Origin: an uncultured Opitutia bacterium
GTDB lineage: Bacteria; Verrucomicrobiota; Verrucomicrobiia; Opitutales; Opitutaceae
Length of the DNA: 64,000 nucleotides
Assembly (NCBI GenBank): GCA_903827245.1
Contig: CAIKHO010000021.1
Location: 90,144-154,143 of the forward strand
Reading direction: 5' to 3'
The notes beneath the pieces were generated by a model that was not told the DNA's origin, did no database searches, and was given only the letters and a program-made list of their open reading frames with translations. Positions 17,803 to 27,708 of this stretch are shown piece after piece (the stretch's first letter is position 1; each line of letters opens with the position of its first letter). The translations under genes and the position numbers were made by a program.

Positions 17803-19242
17803 GTGAACCGCGTCTTCATCAAGACCTATGGCTGCCAGATGAATGAGCGCGACAGCGAGGCTGTCGCGGCGATGCTGCGCGCCCGGGGCTACCGGATCGT
17901 GGCGGACGAGGCCGACTGCGACATCCTGCTGCTCAACACCTGCAGCGTCCGGGACGCCGCCGAGCAGAAGGCGATCGGCAAGGCCGGCTACCTCCAGAAG
18001 CGAAAGAAGAAGAACCCCGATTTCATCCTCGGGATCCTCGGCTGCATGGCCCAGAACCGCGGCGCGGAGCTTTTGGAAAAATTGCCCGACCTCGACCTCA
18101 TCATCGGCACGCAGAAATTCCACCAGGTGCCCGGCTACCTCGACAACCTGCGCGCCGCCCGCGCGGCCGGCGTGCCGGTCGGCGAGACCATCGTCGACAT
18201 CGCCGAGGAGGCCGGCTCGCAGAACACCATTCGCGACCACGTGCTGATGCAGGACGCCGATGCCGGGGCCGAGGCGCCGCCGCAGGTCAGCGCGTTCGTC
18301 TCAATCCAGCAGGGCTGCAACATGGACTGCGCGTTCTGCATCGTGCCGAAGACCCGCGGGGACGAGCGCTCGCGGCCGATGGACGAGATCGTGGCCGAGT
18401 GTCGGGCGCTGGCGGAGCGCGGCGTGCGGGAGATCACCCTGCTCGGGCAGATCGTCACCAGCTATGGCCGCCGCGACTACGTGCACACGGACGGCGTGTC
18501 GCCCTTCGTGCAATTGCTCGACCGCGTGCATGCGCTCGGCGGCATCGAGCGCATCCGCTTCACGTCGCCGCATCCGCGGGGGTTCAAAGACGACCTCGTC
18601 GAGGCCTACGGCAGGCTGCCGAAGCTCTGCGGCTACGTGCACCTGCCGATGCAGTCCGGCAGCAACCGCATCCTCCGCGCGATGAACCGGCCTTACACCC
18701 GCGAACGCTACCGCGAGATCGTCGACGCGCTGCGTGCGGTGCGCCCCGACATGTATTTTTCCACGGACATCATCGTCGGCTTCCCGGGGGAGACGGAGGA
18801 GGACTTCGCGCAAACGCGCGAGCTCTTCGAGGCCGTGAACTACGACATGGCGTACATCTTCAAATATTCGGTTCGCACGGGCACGCCAGCCGCCACGATG
18901 GCGGACCAGGTATCAGAGGCGGTGAAGGAGTCGCGCAACCAGGCGCTGCTCGACGTGCTCGAACGGAATTCCGTGCGGCGCAACGCCACGTTGCTCGGCC
19001 ATGTGGAGGAGGTGCTGGTCGACGGCCCGGACAAGACCGGCCGCCGCTTCACCGGCCGCACGCGCGGCAACCGCGTGGCGGTCTTCGAGGCAAATTCCCG
19101 TCTCATCGGGCAGCTGGTGCCCCTGAAGATCGACCGGGCGACGCCGAGCACGCTGTATGGGGAGCTGGTGCTGATCGGAGTCGAGAGCCCAGAGTCAAGA
19201 GTCCAGAGCCGGACTCTTTCAGCTTCCGTCCCCCGGCTCTAA
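17803..19242 (+). CDS. miaB: tRNA-i6A37 methylthiotransferase
   Basis: ORF 17803..19242(+), GTG start. FIKTYGCQMN, IQQGCNMDCAFCIVP radical-SAM motif, TRAM-like C-terminus. Confidence 0.93.
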   Translation: MNRVFIKTYGCQMNERDSEAVAAMLRARGYRIVADEADCDILLLNTCSVRDAAEQKAIGKAGYLQKRKKKNPDFILGILGCMAQNRGAELLEKLPDLDLIIGTQKFHQVPGYLDNLRAARAAGVPVGETIVDIAEEAGSQNTIRDHVLMQDADAGAEAPPQVSAFVSIQQGCNMDCAFCIVPKTRGDERSRPMDEIVAECRALAERGVREITLLGQIVTSYGRRDYVHTDGVSPFVQLLDRVHALGGIERIRFTSPHPRGFKDDLVEAYGRLPKLCGYVHLPMQSGSNRILRAMNRPYTRERYREIVDALRAVRPDMYFSTDIIVGFPGETEEDFAQTRELFEAVNYDMAYIFKYSVRTGTPAATMADQVSEAVKESRNQALLDVLERNSVRRNATLLGHVEEVLVDGPDKTGRRFTGRTRGNRVAVFEANSRLIGQLVPLKIDRATPSTLYGELVLIGVESPESRVQSRTLSASVPRL

Positions 19243-19266
19243 GCTCTCAACTCTCGACTTTCCTCA

Positions 19267-19806
19267 ATGTCCCTCACCCTCGCCACCCTCCTCCCCGGCC
19301 TGCTCCTGATCGCGCTGGGCGCGGCGCTGCTGGCGAACAACTCGGGGGTGAACTCGGTGGTGAAGGGGTTCCCGCGTTCCACCGGCGCGGCGTATGTTTT
19401 CTTCGGCGGGGGTGCGGCCTGGTTCCTCTACCGCGTCTGGCACCTTTCCCCCGCGGATTTCGGCGATTATCGCGGCATCCTTTTCATCGTGTTCGCGGCG
19501 ATCGCGGTGCTGTCCTTCTATTGCGTACCGGATTTCCTCGCGGTGCGCGGCCTGTGCGTGCTGGTGCTGGTCGGGGCGACGCCGTTGCTGGATGCGGCCT
19601 ACATGGAATACGACCGGCCGCAGCGGCTCTTCATGGTCACGCCCGTCTTTCTCGCGCTCGCCGCCGCCATCTGGCTCGGGGCGCAACCGTGGCGCCTCCG
19701 TGACTTTATTGAATGGCTGTTCCGCACGAACGGTCGGCCCCGCCTCGTGGGCGGCGCCCTGCTGGCCTATGGACTGTTGCTCGCGGCCGTGGCGTTCACC
19801 TATTGA
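19267..19806 (+). CDS. Hypothetical multi-pass membrane protein
   Basis: ORF 19267..19806(+). About 5 hydrophobic helices; lies between miaB and gmk on the same strand. Confidence 0.6.
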   Translation: MSLTLATLLPGLLLIALGAALLANNSGVNSVVKGFPRSTGAAYVFFGGGAAWFLYRVWHLSPADFGDYRGILFIVFAAIAVLSFYCVPDFLAVRGLCVLVLVGATPLLDAAYMEYDRPQRLFMVTPVFLALAAAIWLGAQPWRLRDFIEWLFRTNGRPRLVGGALLAYGLLLAAVAFTY

Positions 19807-19866
19807 AGGCGCGCGGCATGAGGCTTGAGGCGCGAGGCCAAACCCACGATCAAGGACTCTCCCGTC

Positions 19867-20514
19867 ATGCCCAAGCCTGAAGCTTCAAGCCCCACGCCTC
19901 GCGCCTCCGCGGCCTCCGGCGTGCAGGCGCCCGTCCTGATCGTCATCGCCGGCCCGGCCGGATCGGGCAAGAGCACGCTCTGCGACCGGCTGGTCGACGA
20001 GGTGGCGGATTTCCGGCGGGTGGTCACCACGACGACGCGTGCACCGCGGGCCGGCGAGGCCCACGGCGTGCACTACCATTTTTTCACGCCGGCGGAGTTT
20101 GACGCCAAGATCGCCGCGGGCGAATTCCTCGAGTGGGCCTGGGTCCACGGGCAGCGGCGCTACGGCACCCTGGCCGCCAGCGTGCTCGAGCCGCTGGCCC
20201 GCGGGCAGAGCCTCGTGCTCAGCGTCGACGTGCAGGGCGTGGAGAGCTTCCGCCGCGCGGCCGCGGCCCACCCGGTGCTGCGCCGCAGCATGAGCACCGT
20301 CTTCATTGTCGTGGACCACGAGCGTCTCTTCGCCCGGATGCGCGCCCGCGGCAAGGACGACGAGGCCGAGATTGCGCGCCGGATGGCCACGGCCGAGGCG
20401 GAGCTGCGCGAGGCGCCCAAGTTTGATTTCATCATCGAGAGCCGGACCCGCGACGAGGACTTCGCCGAGCTGCTGAAAATCGTCGCCCAGGCCCGCGCGC
20501 GCGCGGTGGGTTGA
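19867..20514 (+). CDS. gmk: Guanylate kinase
   Basis: ORF 19825..20514(+) trimmed to ATG 19867. GPAGSGKSTL P-loop, TTTRAPRAGEAHGVHYHF. Confidence 0.9.
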   Translation: MPKPEASSPTPRASAASGVQAPVLIVIAGPAGSGKSTLCDRLVDEVADFRRVVTTTTRAPRAGEAHGVHYHFFTPAEFDAKIAAGEFLEWAWVHGQRRYGTLAASVLEPLARGQSLVLSVDVQGVESFRRAAAAHPVLRRSMSTVFIVVDHERLFARMRARGKDDEAEIARRMATAEAELREAPKFDFIIESRTRDEDFAELLKIVAQARARAVG

Positions 20515-20653
20515 TAAAGACAGGTGCCGGCTGCCGACCGACCCGACTTTTCCGATCTCGATTTGTTTCCTGTGCGACGGATTGGAATCGGAAATTTTAC
20601 GGGAGTCGGTCCAAGGTAAACCGAGAAGGACGGACAAGGTTTGAAAAATCGCC

Positions 20654-21805
20654 CTAGTTCATCGGGCCGACGGGTGCGGCTCCGGTTGGCGAGCGGCCGA
20701 CATGGCGGCGGATCGACTCGAGGTTTTCGCGGACGAGTTCGCCCATGGACTCGCACTTGAGGTATTCGGGCCGGTCGTAGTGCTCGGCGAGGCTTTCACG
20801 GAGCAGATGCACATTTTCCGGCGGGGCGATGGGGTCCTGCGCCATCTCGTACAGCAACCGGCCGAGCCGGTCGGCGGCGAGGGAGGCGCGGTGGAGCAGG
20901 AGGGTCTGTTCCTCGCGCTGGTACTGGTACGCAGCGGTCGGGTGCAGGACCTTCGAGCAGAAAAGGGCGAGGGCGGTGTTTTCCTTGAAGAACTGCGGCA
21001 GGTAAAAGTTCTTCCGGCCGTTGTAACTCTGCTGGTCAAAATCCATCGCGCGGATACGCAGCTGCGCGTCCTCGAAGTCGGGCGTGACGACGAACACGAA
21101 ATTATAGGAGCGCATGTCGCCGAGCAGGCGTACGAAGCAGCGCTCGTTGAACTTCACCAGCTCCTTGGCGACGCGGATGGGTTTCAACTCACCGCGTTTC
21201 AGCCAGCTGGTGATGAAGACATCGCCGGGGATGCCCGGGATGTGTTCCTCGATGAGCGTGCTGCCGCTGGTTATGAAATTCAGGCGGTTCGGCGAGAGCA
21301 GATGCTCCAGCTCCAGGCCGTAGACCCGCGAGGCGTCCGCCTTCTTCACATAGAAATAATCCTGGTTGTCGTTGTAGGGATTCACGATCCGGACCCGGAA
21401 GGGCATCGAGTTGCCGAAAGTGCAGAAATCGATGCGGTCGACGTAAAGGTGCTGCACGACGGAGAAGGCGCCGTCGACCTTCAGCAGGGCATAGATGTGC
21501 TTCAGGTCCTCGTTGAGCGCCGGCATCTCGGAGGACTCGTAGACGACCGAGTCCCAGAGCGTGGGTTTGCCGGCGTCGTCGGGCAGCGGGATGGCCTCGT
21601 GGAAACCGCGCAGCCGCTCGTAGGTGACGGAGAGCGCGGTTTCGCGTTTGTACCGGCGCAGATAGTCGCGCAGGCCGTCGCGCACCGGGAAACTCGGCTT
21701 TTTCTGCGTCCGCGGGGCCTGCGGTGAATTGATCGGGGGCGCGCCCATGGGATGAGGGTAGGCGGCGGCACCGGCGGGGCGCAATCCCGGCGAGTTCCGT
21801 GGCAT
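20654..21805 (-). CDS. Hypothetical protein with possible atypical protein-kinase-like fold
   Basis: ORF 20654..21850(-) trimmed to MPRNSP. FYVKKAD (VxK-like), IEEHIPG (hinge-like), LLGDMRSYNF (catalytic-loop-like), IRAMDFDQ (DFG-like). The kinase assignment is pattern recognition only. Confidence 0.6.
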   Translation of the reverse strand: MPRNSPGLRPAGAAAYPHPMGAPPINSPQAPRTQKKPSFPVRDGLRDYLRRYKRETALSVTYERLRGFHEAIPLPDDAGKPTLWDSVVYESSEMPALNEDLKHIYALLKVDGAFSVVQHLYVDRIDFCTFGNSMPFRVRIVNPYNDNQDYFYVKKADASRVYGLELEHLLSPNRLNFITSGSTLIEEHIPGIPGDVFITSWLKRGELKPIRVAKELVKFNERCFVRLLGDMRSYNFVFVVTPDFEDAQLRIRAMDFDQQSYNGRKNFYLPQFFKENTALALFCSKVLHPTAAYQYQREEQTLLLHRASLAADRLGRLLYEMAQDPIAPPENVHLLRESLAEHYDRPEYLKCESMGELVRENLESIRRHVGRSPTGAAPVGPMN

Positions 21806-21949
21806 GTTCAGCCGGTAGGCGGCGACTCCGCTCGCCGCCGGGCATATCACGGAGTCGAGACGGAGCTGTTTGTTGTTGGATCGGTTCCGTCCTCATGCCC
21901 GGCGCGGAACGGAGTCCGCGCCCTACCCTGCTTCCAACGAATAAAATCT

Positions 21950-22840
21950 TCACGTTTGGGCTAGCAACCGCTCGCAGAGGGCGAGGAGCCGGGCGCGCAG
22001 CGGTTCGCCGCGGATGGCGAAGGCGCGCTGGTGCGATTCATATTCGGCGCGGCCGCCCGGCGTTTCGATCGCGATCGGGGTGAATCCGAGCGCGCTCAAA
22101 TCGTAGGGGCTCGCGCGCATGTCCGCCTCGCGGATGTCGCGGGCGAGTGCGAAGCAATCGGCGACCAGTTCCGCCGGGCTGAAGGGCGCGAGTTTGAAGG
22201 ACCACTTGTAGAGGTCCATGTTGGCATGCAGGCAGCCGCGCTGCTCGTGCTGCGGCATGGTGGCGCGGTCGGGCTGGATCTTGTTCAGCGGCCGGGCCGG
22301 TTCGGTGAAAAACCGGAACGCGTCGAAATGCGTGCAGCAGATGGGCGAGCCCTCAACGATGCGCGCGAGTTCGTCCGGCGGGAAGCGCAGCGGCCATGCG
22401 TTGTGGCGGACCTGTTCCGGGGTCTGCCGGTAGACCATGGCCCACTCGTGGAGCCCGAAGCAGCCGAAGAAGGCCGGCCGGGCCTGCATCGTTTCCAGCA
22501 GGTCGCGCAGCCACGCGACAAACTCACGGCGGCGCGCCGGCAGCGCCGCCGGGTCCATCATCACGCCCCCGGCTGTTTCGCGATATCCCGGCCAGCGGAG
22601 AAACTCGCGCGCCGCGGGGCCCGCGAGCAGGACGTCGGGCCCGGGATGCCAGCGGAGGAGCCACGCGGGCCGGAAGGCATAGTAGCTGAAAAGGAAATCG
22701 TGCACGGGATGCTTTTCCCCCCGCGCCGCGCGGGTCCGGTGCGGCTCGATCCAGGCCCGGACCCGCGCCTCATGACGGCGGCGCTGTTCGAGCCATTCGT
22801 CCTCGGTGAGGATCGGGGGTGAAGAAGCGACGGCGTGCAC
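21950..22840 (-). CDS. Conserved hypothetical protein; I recall close homologues labelled 3-methyladenine DNA glycosylase in databases, without experimental support that I know of
   Basis: ORF 21950..22840(-). HPVHDFLFSYYAFRP..LLRWHPG, FGCFGLHEWAMVYRQ, CTHFDAFRFF, CLHANMDLYKW blocks recalled from actinobacterial homologues. Confidence 0.6.
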   Translation of the reverse strand: MHAVASSPPILTEDEWLEQRRRHEARVRAWIEPHRTRAARGEKHPVHDFLFSYYAFRPAWLLRWHPGPDVLLAGPAAREFLRWPGYRETAGGVMMDPAALPARRREFVAWLRDLLETMQARPAFFGCFGLHEWAMVYRQTPEQVRHNAWPLRFPPDELARIVEGSPICCTHFDAFRFFTEPARPLNKIQPDRATMPQHEQRGCLHANMDLYKWSFKLAPFSPAELVADCFALARDIREADMRASPYDLSALGFTPIAIETPGGRAEYESHQRAFAIRGEPLRARLLALCERLLAQT

Positions 22841-22893
22841 AAAATAGCCAGGCGGGGTGGGGCGCGGCCAAGCCGCCCGGGCCGGGCGTTTCC

Positions 22894-23814
22894 TCAGTAC
22901 TTGTCGAGCAGCCGGCGGACGCCCTCAATGGGCTTGCCCTCGACCGGGGCGAGCGGAAGCGCGGAGCGAAGCGTGAGCGCTTCCACCACGACGGGATGGG
23001 TGAGGATCGGCCCGCTCAGGCCGGTGCGCACGGTGTCGAGCAGGCTGGCGGTGAATAATTTCTCGGCCACATGGGTGGCGAGGTCGAGCAGCCCCGCGAC
23101 CGACTGCAGGACGATCTGCAGCGCCGCGTGGTCGCGTTCACCGGCGGCGCGCAGCACGGCGGGGGCGAACCCGGCGATCTTCTGGTTGGGCAGGGGATCC
23201 CCATAGAACGAGCGCGTAATGTCCGTGGCCGTGGTCAGCCCCGTGTGCTCGCGCAGGAGCGGGCCGAGGCGCGAGGCCGGCGACCAGCCCTGGAGTTCGA
23301 GCAGGGCGCGCGCGATGGCCCGCCGGCCGATGTCGTAGCCGCTGCCCGGGTCGTCGAAACGCCAGCCGAGCCCGCCGGCGTAATGCACCGAGCCGTCCGG
23401 CGCGCGGGCGGCGACAAACGAGCCCGTGCCGGCATGCAGCACGAGGCCGGGCTTGCCGTGGGTCGCAAGCTCCAGGACCGGCAGGGAGTCGTCGAGGGCC
23501 GTGATGCGGCCGAAGCCGCTCAGGCCCGCGGCAAACTCGCCCCAGAAAGGCCGGCTGCCTGCCATGCAGAGCAAGGTGGAGGTGATTTCAGGCGCCGGAC
23601 CGAATGGCGCGCGCGTAACGCCGCTGTCGTGGGTCGAGGCCTGCGCGCGGAGCGAGTCCAGCGCGGCGGAAACGATCGAGCGGGCCTGGTCGGGGCCCAC
23701 GAGGCTCGGGTTGCTGCCGGCGCCGACATGGACCGCGACCACCGTGCCCTCGCGGTCGACGAGGACGCACTCGGTCTTGGTGCCGCCGCCATCAACGCCG
23801 ATTTTGAAGCTCAT
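22894..23814 (-). CDS. BadF/BadG/BcrA/BcrD-type ATPase (N-acetylglucosamine kinase-like)
   Basis: ORF 22894..23814(-). MSFKIGVDGGGTKTECVLVD, which is the ASKHA phosphate-1 motif. Confidence 0.8.
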   Translation of the reverse strand: MSFKIGVDGGGTKTECVLVDREGTVVAVHVGAGSNPSLVGPDQARSIVSAALDSLRAQASTHDSGVTRAPFGPAPEITSTLLCMAGSRPFWGEFAAGLSGFGRITALDDSLPVLELATHGKPGLVLHAGTGSFVAARAPDGSVHYAGGLGWRFDDPGSGYDIGRRAIARALLELQGWSPASRLGPLLREHTGLTTATDITRSFYGDPLPNQKIAGFAPAVLRAAGERDHAALQIVLQSVAGLLDLATHVAEKLFTASLLDTVRTGLSGPILTHPVVVEALTLRSALPLAPVEGKPIEGVRRLLDKY

Positions 23815-23836
23815 GGATTGGGTGGTGACGGAAGAT

Positions 23837-23900
23837 GACGAGGAAAACGGAGCGCAGGCCCGGGCCCTTTCTTTGTTCCCTCCGTCTCCTCCTGTAAAAG
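23837..23900. repeat. Family K-like copy K3
   Basis: GACGAGGAAAACGGAG...CTCCGTCTCCTCCTGTAAAAG. Confidence 0.45.
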
Positions 23901-23907
23901 CAAAACC

Positions 23908-24663
23908 TTAGGCCAGCTGGCGGCTGAGGCGGCCCTTGTATTTTTGGGCGAGCTCGCGGTTATGCTCGATTGCCCCGGGCAGGTTCTGGCTGCGCAGGAT
24001 CGGCAGCGGGTGCCCGCCGGCCTTCAGCCAGTCGATGACCGCGAGCATGAGCCAGTTGAGCACGGAGCAGCCGATGAACGTGGAGGTCGGCCCTGCCTTC
24101 ACGGACAAGTCGGCGGGCTGGCCCGCGGCCGCCGGCAGGACCTCGACGATCGCGTCGCCCGGCACGCCGCCGTTGTCGAGGACATGGTCGGCGACCTCAA
24201 AGAGACGTTTGCCGCCGGGATGCTGCGAAGGCGTGACCCTGGACATGGCGAGGCAGGTCAGGGCGACGACCGTGAGGCCCTTTTGCCGCGCGTGGAGTGC
24301 GACGTCGATCGGCGAACCGTTCTTGCCGGAGTTGGAAATCACGATGATGACCTCGCCGGCCAGGAGCTGGTACTGGCGGTCATAGCGCTCGGCGAGCTTT
24401 GCGCCATAACCGGGCAGGTTCTCGATGAACCCGCCGGTGGGGTCGATCATGCCCGTGACGCAGACGAGACCGCCGGCGCGCCCGATGATCTCGCGCGAGA
24501 TGAGCTCGCTGTGCCCGCTGCCGAAGGTGTGCACCACGCCGCCCTTCGCGATCGAGGCGCCGATGACCGGAGCCAACCGGGCGATGACCGGGGCGTTGGC
24601 CGACCAGGCCTGCGCGAGGAGTTCATTGGCGCGATGGTAGTAGGATTCGGGCAGGAAAGACAT
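23908..24663 (-). CDS. SIS domain protein (UPF0309 family)
   Basis: ORF 23908..24663(-). VHTFGSGHS and VISNSGKNG are SIS-type motifs. Confidence 0.75.
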   Translation of the reverse strand: MSFLPESYYHRANELLAQAWSANAPVIARLAPVIGASIAKGGVVHTFGSGHSELISREIIGRAGGLVCVTGMIDPTGGFIENLPGYGAKLAERYDRQYQLLAGEVIIVISNSGKNGSPIDVALHARQKGLTVVALTCLAMSRVTPSQHPGGKRLFEVADHVLDNGGVPGDAIVEVLPAAAGQPADLSVKAGPTSTFIGCSVLNWLMLAVIDWLKAGGHPLPILRSQNLPGAIEHNRELAQKYKGRLSRQLA

Positions 24664-24712
24664 GACGGACGAGAAAAGCGGGAAGGATTCAGAGGAACGA
24701 GAGAGATCTTGG

Positions 24713-25615
24713 TCAACTCTCCCACCGGCCGTAGATCCCGCAGGGCAGGACCTTGCCGTCGGCCCTCACGGGCAGGCCGACCTCGCCGGCGGTAATGGTG
24801 CCGCCGCGTCCGGTGAAGAGTTCCGAGAGCAGGTTGGCCACGACGGTCGGCGAGAGGCGGGCGGTGTAGGCGTTGACGAGAAAAAAGAGCGGTTGGGCGC
24901 TGAGCAGCTCGCGGCACTCGAGCAGCAGCTCCCAGAGGTTATCCTCGAGCTTCCACATCTCGCCGGTGCTGCCGCGGCCGTAGGTCGGCGGGTCCATGAT
25001 GACGGCATCGTAACGGCGGCCGCGCTTCAGCTCGCGACGCGCGAATTTCAGGCAGTCGTCCGTGATATAGCGGATGGGTGCGTCGGCCAGTCCGCTGAGG
25101 GTGGCGTTTTCGCGGCACCATTTTACCATGCCCTCGGCGGCGTCGACATGGCAGACGGTGGCCCCCGCGGCGGCGGCGGCGACCGTGGCTGCGCCGGTGT
25201 AGCCGAAGAGGTTCAGCACCGAAACTTCGCGCCCGGCGGCCCGGGCCGCCTTTATTTTCGCGCCGAACCAGTCCCAGTTCACGGCCTGTTCCGGGAAAAG
25301 CCCGGTGTGCTTGAAGGAGGTGGGGTGAATTTTGAACGTGAGCGGGCCATAGCCGATCGTCCAATGATCCGGCAGGGCGCGGCGGAACTCCCATTTCCCC
25401 CCGCCTTGTTCGCTGCGGTGGTAGAAACCGTCCCAGTCTTCCCATTTGGCCGAAGGTGCCGCACCATGCCGCGGCCAGATGATCTGCGGGTCGGGCCGGA
25501 CCAGGGTGTACGGACCCCAGCGCTCCTGCTTCAGGCCGTCGCCGCATTCGAGCAATTGATAGTCGCGCCAGCGGTCGGCGACGATGAGGGCGGGACGTTG
25601 GACGGGCGCGGACAT
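24713..25615 (-). CDS. Class I SAM-dependent methyltransferase (RlmI/RlmK-like)
   Basis: ORF 24713..25654(-) trimmed to MSAPVQRP. VLNLFGYTGAATVAAA and YDAVIMDPPTYGRG motifs. Confidence 0.8.
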   Translation of the reverse strand: MSAPVQRPALIVADRWRDYQLLECGDGLKQERWGPYTLVRPDPQIIWPRHGAAPSAKWEDWDGFYHRSEQGGGKWEFRRALPDHWTIGYGPLTFKIHPTSFKHTGLFPEQAVNWDWFGAKIKAARAAGREVSVLNLFGYTGAATVAAAAAGATVCHVDAAEGMVKWCRENATLSGLADAPIRYITDDCLKFARRELKRGRRYDAVIMDPPTYGRGSTGEMWKLEDNLWELLLECRELLSAQPLFFLVNAYTARLSPTVVANLLSELFTGRGGTITAGEVGLPVRADGKVLPCGIYGRWES

Positions 25616-25787
25616 TGGGCGGGCGTTTGCGCGAGGCAAGGGCCAGCAGGCCAAGGTGTCGAGCAGCGGTTTCGGGACTGCGGCCCTGCGATGGGCGCGG
25701 GCGCCACTTAAATATTACGGCAGGCACAGTCGGAGTTTGACTAGGCCTCTCCCTTGGCTGCTCACTCAATCCCTTTTTCGTTCCACC

Positions 25788-26828
25788 ATGCACCTGATGA
25801 AAACTTCCCGGGCGTTCCTCGCCTCCCTGATGGCAATCATGTTTGCCGCCCAGCTGTCCGCTGACGTGATCGAAACCAGGAATGGCGCCCGGATCGTGGG
25901 TAAAGTGACCAAGATCGAGGCCGGCGGTGTGGTCGTTGACACGGATTATGCCGGCACGATCACCATCAAGCAGTCCGAAGTGACGGCCATCATGACGGAT
26001 GCGCCTCTCGCCGTTCGCCTCGACAGCGGCACCCACCTGGCCGGCAAGCTTTCCGGCGATGGCGGTACGCTGCAGATCACCGGTACCGACGGCACGATCA
26101 AAACCCAGGTCGGCAAGATCGCCGCCTCATGGGCCGTCGGCGCCGAGGATCCTGCCGTGGTGGCGCTCCGCCGCCACTGGAGTTACGTGGCCTCGGTCGA
26201 TGTCAGCGGCACCTCCGGCAACAAGAACCAGCTGGGCACGGCCGGCGCCTTCCGGGCCACCCTCACCAGCCCGCACGACGTGCTCGCGCTCTACACCGAT
26301 TACAACCGGCAGGTCACGGACAACCAGAAGTCCGCCGACCAGTTCAAGGCCGGCATCGACTTCTCGAACAACTTCGAAAAACGCGCCTCCTGGTACGTCC
26401 GCGATGAAGGCGGCTTCGACCGCATCAAGGACATCCACTTCTACAACACGTCCGCAGCCGGTTACGGCTACGACCTGATCAAGCTGTCAAAGCACCTCCT
26501 GACGGTCCGCGCCGGTCTCTCGTTCCGCTATGAGGACTACAAGAACCCGCTGACGGCCGATTTGAGTTCGGCCGGCCTCGATTTTGGCCTCAATCATGAG
26601 CTGGAGTTCGGCAAAGGCAAAATGGTGAACCGCCTTTCCTACGTCCCGGGCTTTCAGGATTTCAGCAACTACCACCTCACGCACGAGAGTTTCTATGAGG
26701 TGCCCCTGGCCAGCCCGGCGTGGAAACTGCGCCTGGGGGTTTCGAACGATTATAACAGCCGGCCAGGCACGCGGGTCGACAAGCTCGACACCGCCTATTT
26801 CACCCGGCTGCTGCTGAACTGGAAGTGA
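25788..26828 (+). CDS. DUF481 outer-membrane beta-barrel protein
   Basis: ORF 25584..26828(+) trimmed to MHLMKTSRAFLASLMAIMFAAQLSA (signal peptide). Alternating beta pattern; C-terminal ...RLLLNWK. Confidence 0.75.
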   Translation: MHLMKTSRAFLASLMAIMFAAQLSADVIETRNGARIVGKVTKIEAGGVVVDTDYAGTITIKQSEVTAIMTDAPLAVRLDSGTHLAGKLSGDGGTLQITGTDGTIKTQVGKIAASWAVGAEDPAVVALRRHWSYVASVDVSGTSGNKNQLGTAGAFRATLTSPHDVLALYTDYNRQVTDNQKSADQFKAGIDFSNNFEKRASWYVRDEGGFDRIKDIHFYNTSAAGYGYDLIKLSKHLLTVRAGLSFRYEDYKNPLTADLSSAGLDFGLNHELEFGKGKMVNRLSYVPGFQDFSNYHLTHESFYEVPLASPAWKLRLGVSNDYNSRPGTRVDKLDTAYFTRLLLNWK

Positions 26829-26867
26829 GGGCGCGACCCGGCGCGCGGAATAAATCCTCCTCCCCGC

Positions 26868-26901
26868 GTCTCATGCAGGCATGAGACCCTTTTTGTTTTT
26901 T
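26868..26901 (+). terminator. Terminator-like hairpin with T-tract that overlaps the start codon of the DUF1223 gene
   Basis: GTCTCATG-CAGG-CATGAGAC followed by CC TTTTTGTTTTTT. The ATG at 26881-26883 lies in the 3' arm. Confidence 0.5.
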
Positions 26902-27618
26902 GGCGCGGTGCTGGTGGCGGGTATGGGGGTGACGGTGCACGCGCAACGGTTTTCCAGCGGCCCGGCGCATACGGCCCTGATCGAACTTTACACCAGCGAG
27001 GGCTGCAGTTCGTGCCCGCCCGCCGAGCGCTGGCTCGCCACGCTGCGCGACGAGCCCGGCCTGTGGCGCGATTTCGTGCCGGTCGAATTCCACGTCAATT
27101 ACTGGGACCGGCTCGGCTGGCCCGACCGCTTTGCGACCCGCGAGTTTACCCAGCGCGAATATGCCTACTCGGCGGCTTGGGGCTCGGGCTCAGTCTACAC
27201 GCCCTGCGTAGTGCGCAACGGGGCGGAGGCGCGGGCCGGGATGGATCTTCGCGCCCCGGCCGGGGCGGCGCCGGGGGTGCTGACCGTCATCCTCGGTACC
27301 GACGGGAAGTGCCGGGTGGAATTCACGCCGACAACCGCCAGCCGGACGGCTTATGAGGTGCATCTCGTCTGGCTGGGCGGAGGCATCGCGTCCCATGTGA
27401 CCGCGGGGGAAAATCGCGGGGAAACGCTGCGGCACGAATTCGTGGCCCTCGCGCTGGCGAGCCATGAACTGGCGGTGGCGGACGGCGTGCTCCGGGCGGA
27501 ATTCGCCCTGCCCCGCCCGGCGGAAAATTCCGCCCCGCGACGCGCGCTGGCAGCATGGATCACGCGCCGGGGTGAACCGGCCGCGATTCAGGCGACCGGC
27601 GGCTGGCTGGAGGAGTGA
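26881..27618 (+). CDS. DUF1223 secreted protein
   Basis: ORF 26881..27618(+). Signal peptide, then LIELYTSEGCSSCPPAE. Confidence 0.8.
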   Translation: MRPFLFFGAVLVAGMGVTVHAQRFSSGPAHTALIELYTSEGCSSCPPAERWLATLRDEPGLWRDFVPVEFHVNYWDRLGWPDRFATREFTQREYAYSAAWGSGSVYTPCVVRNGAEARAGMDLRAPAGAAPGVLTVILGTDGKCRVEFTPTTASRTAYEVHLVWLGGGIASHVTAGENRGETLRHEFVALALASHELAVADGVLRAEFALPRPAENSAPRRALAAWITRRGEPAAIQATGGWLEE

Positions 27619-27624
27619 CCATTT

Positions 27625-27708
27625 GGTGGGGATGCGACGTCCCCGTCGCGTCGGCCGGCGACCCTTCTTCGCCGAGACTTCGCAGGGCGACTGGGAGGTC
27701 GCCACCCC
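27625..27708 (-). repeat. Family D multi-hairpin element, copy D2 (inverted)
   Basis: The reverse complement aligns with D1 along its whole length with about 10 substitutions. Confidence 0.85.
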
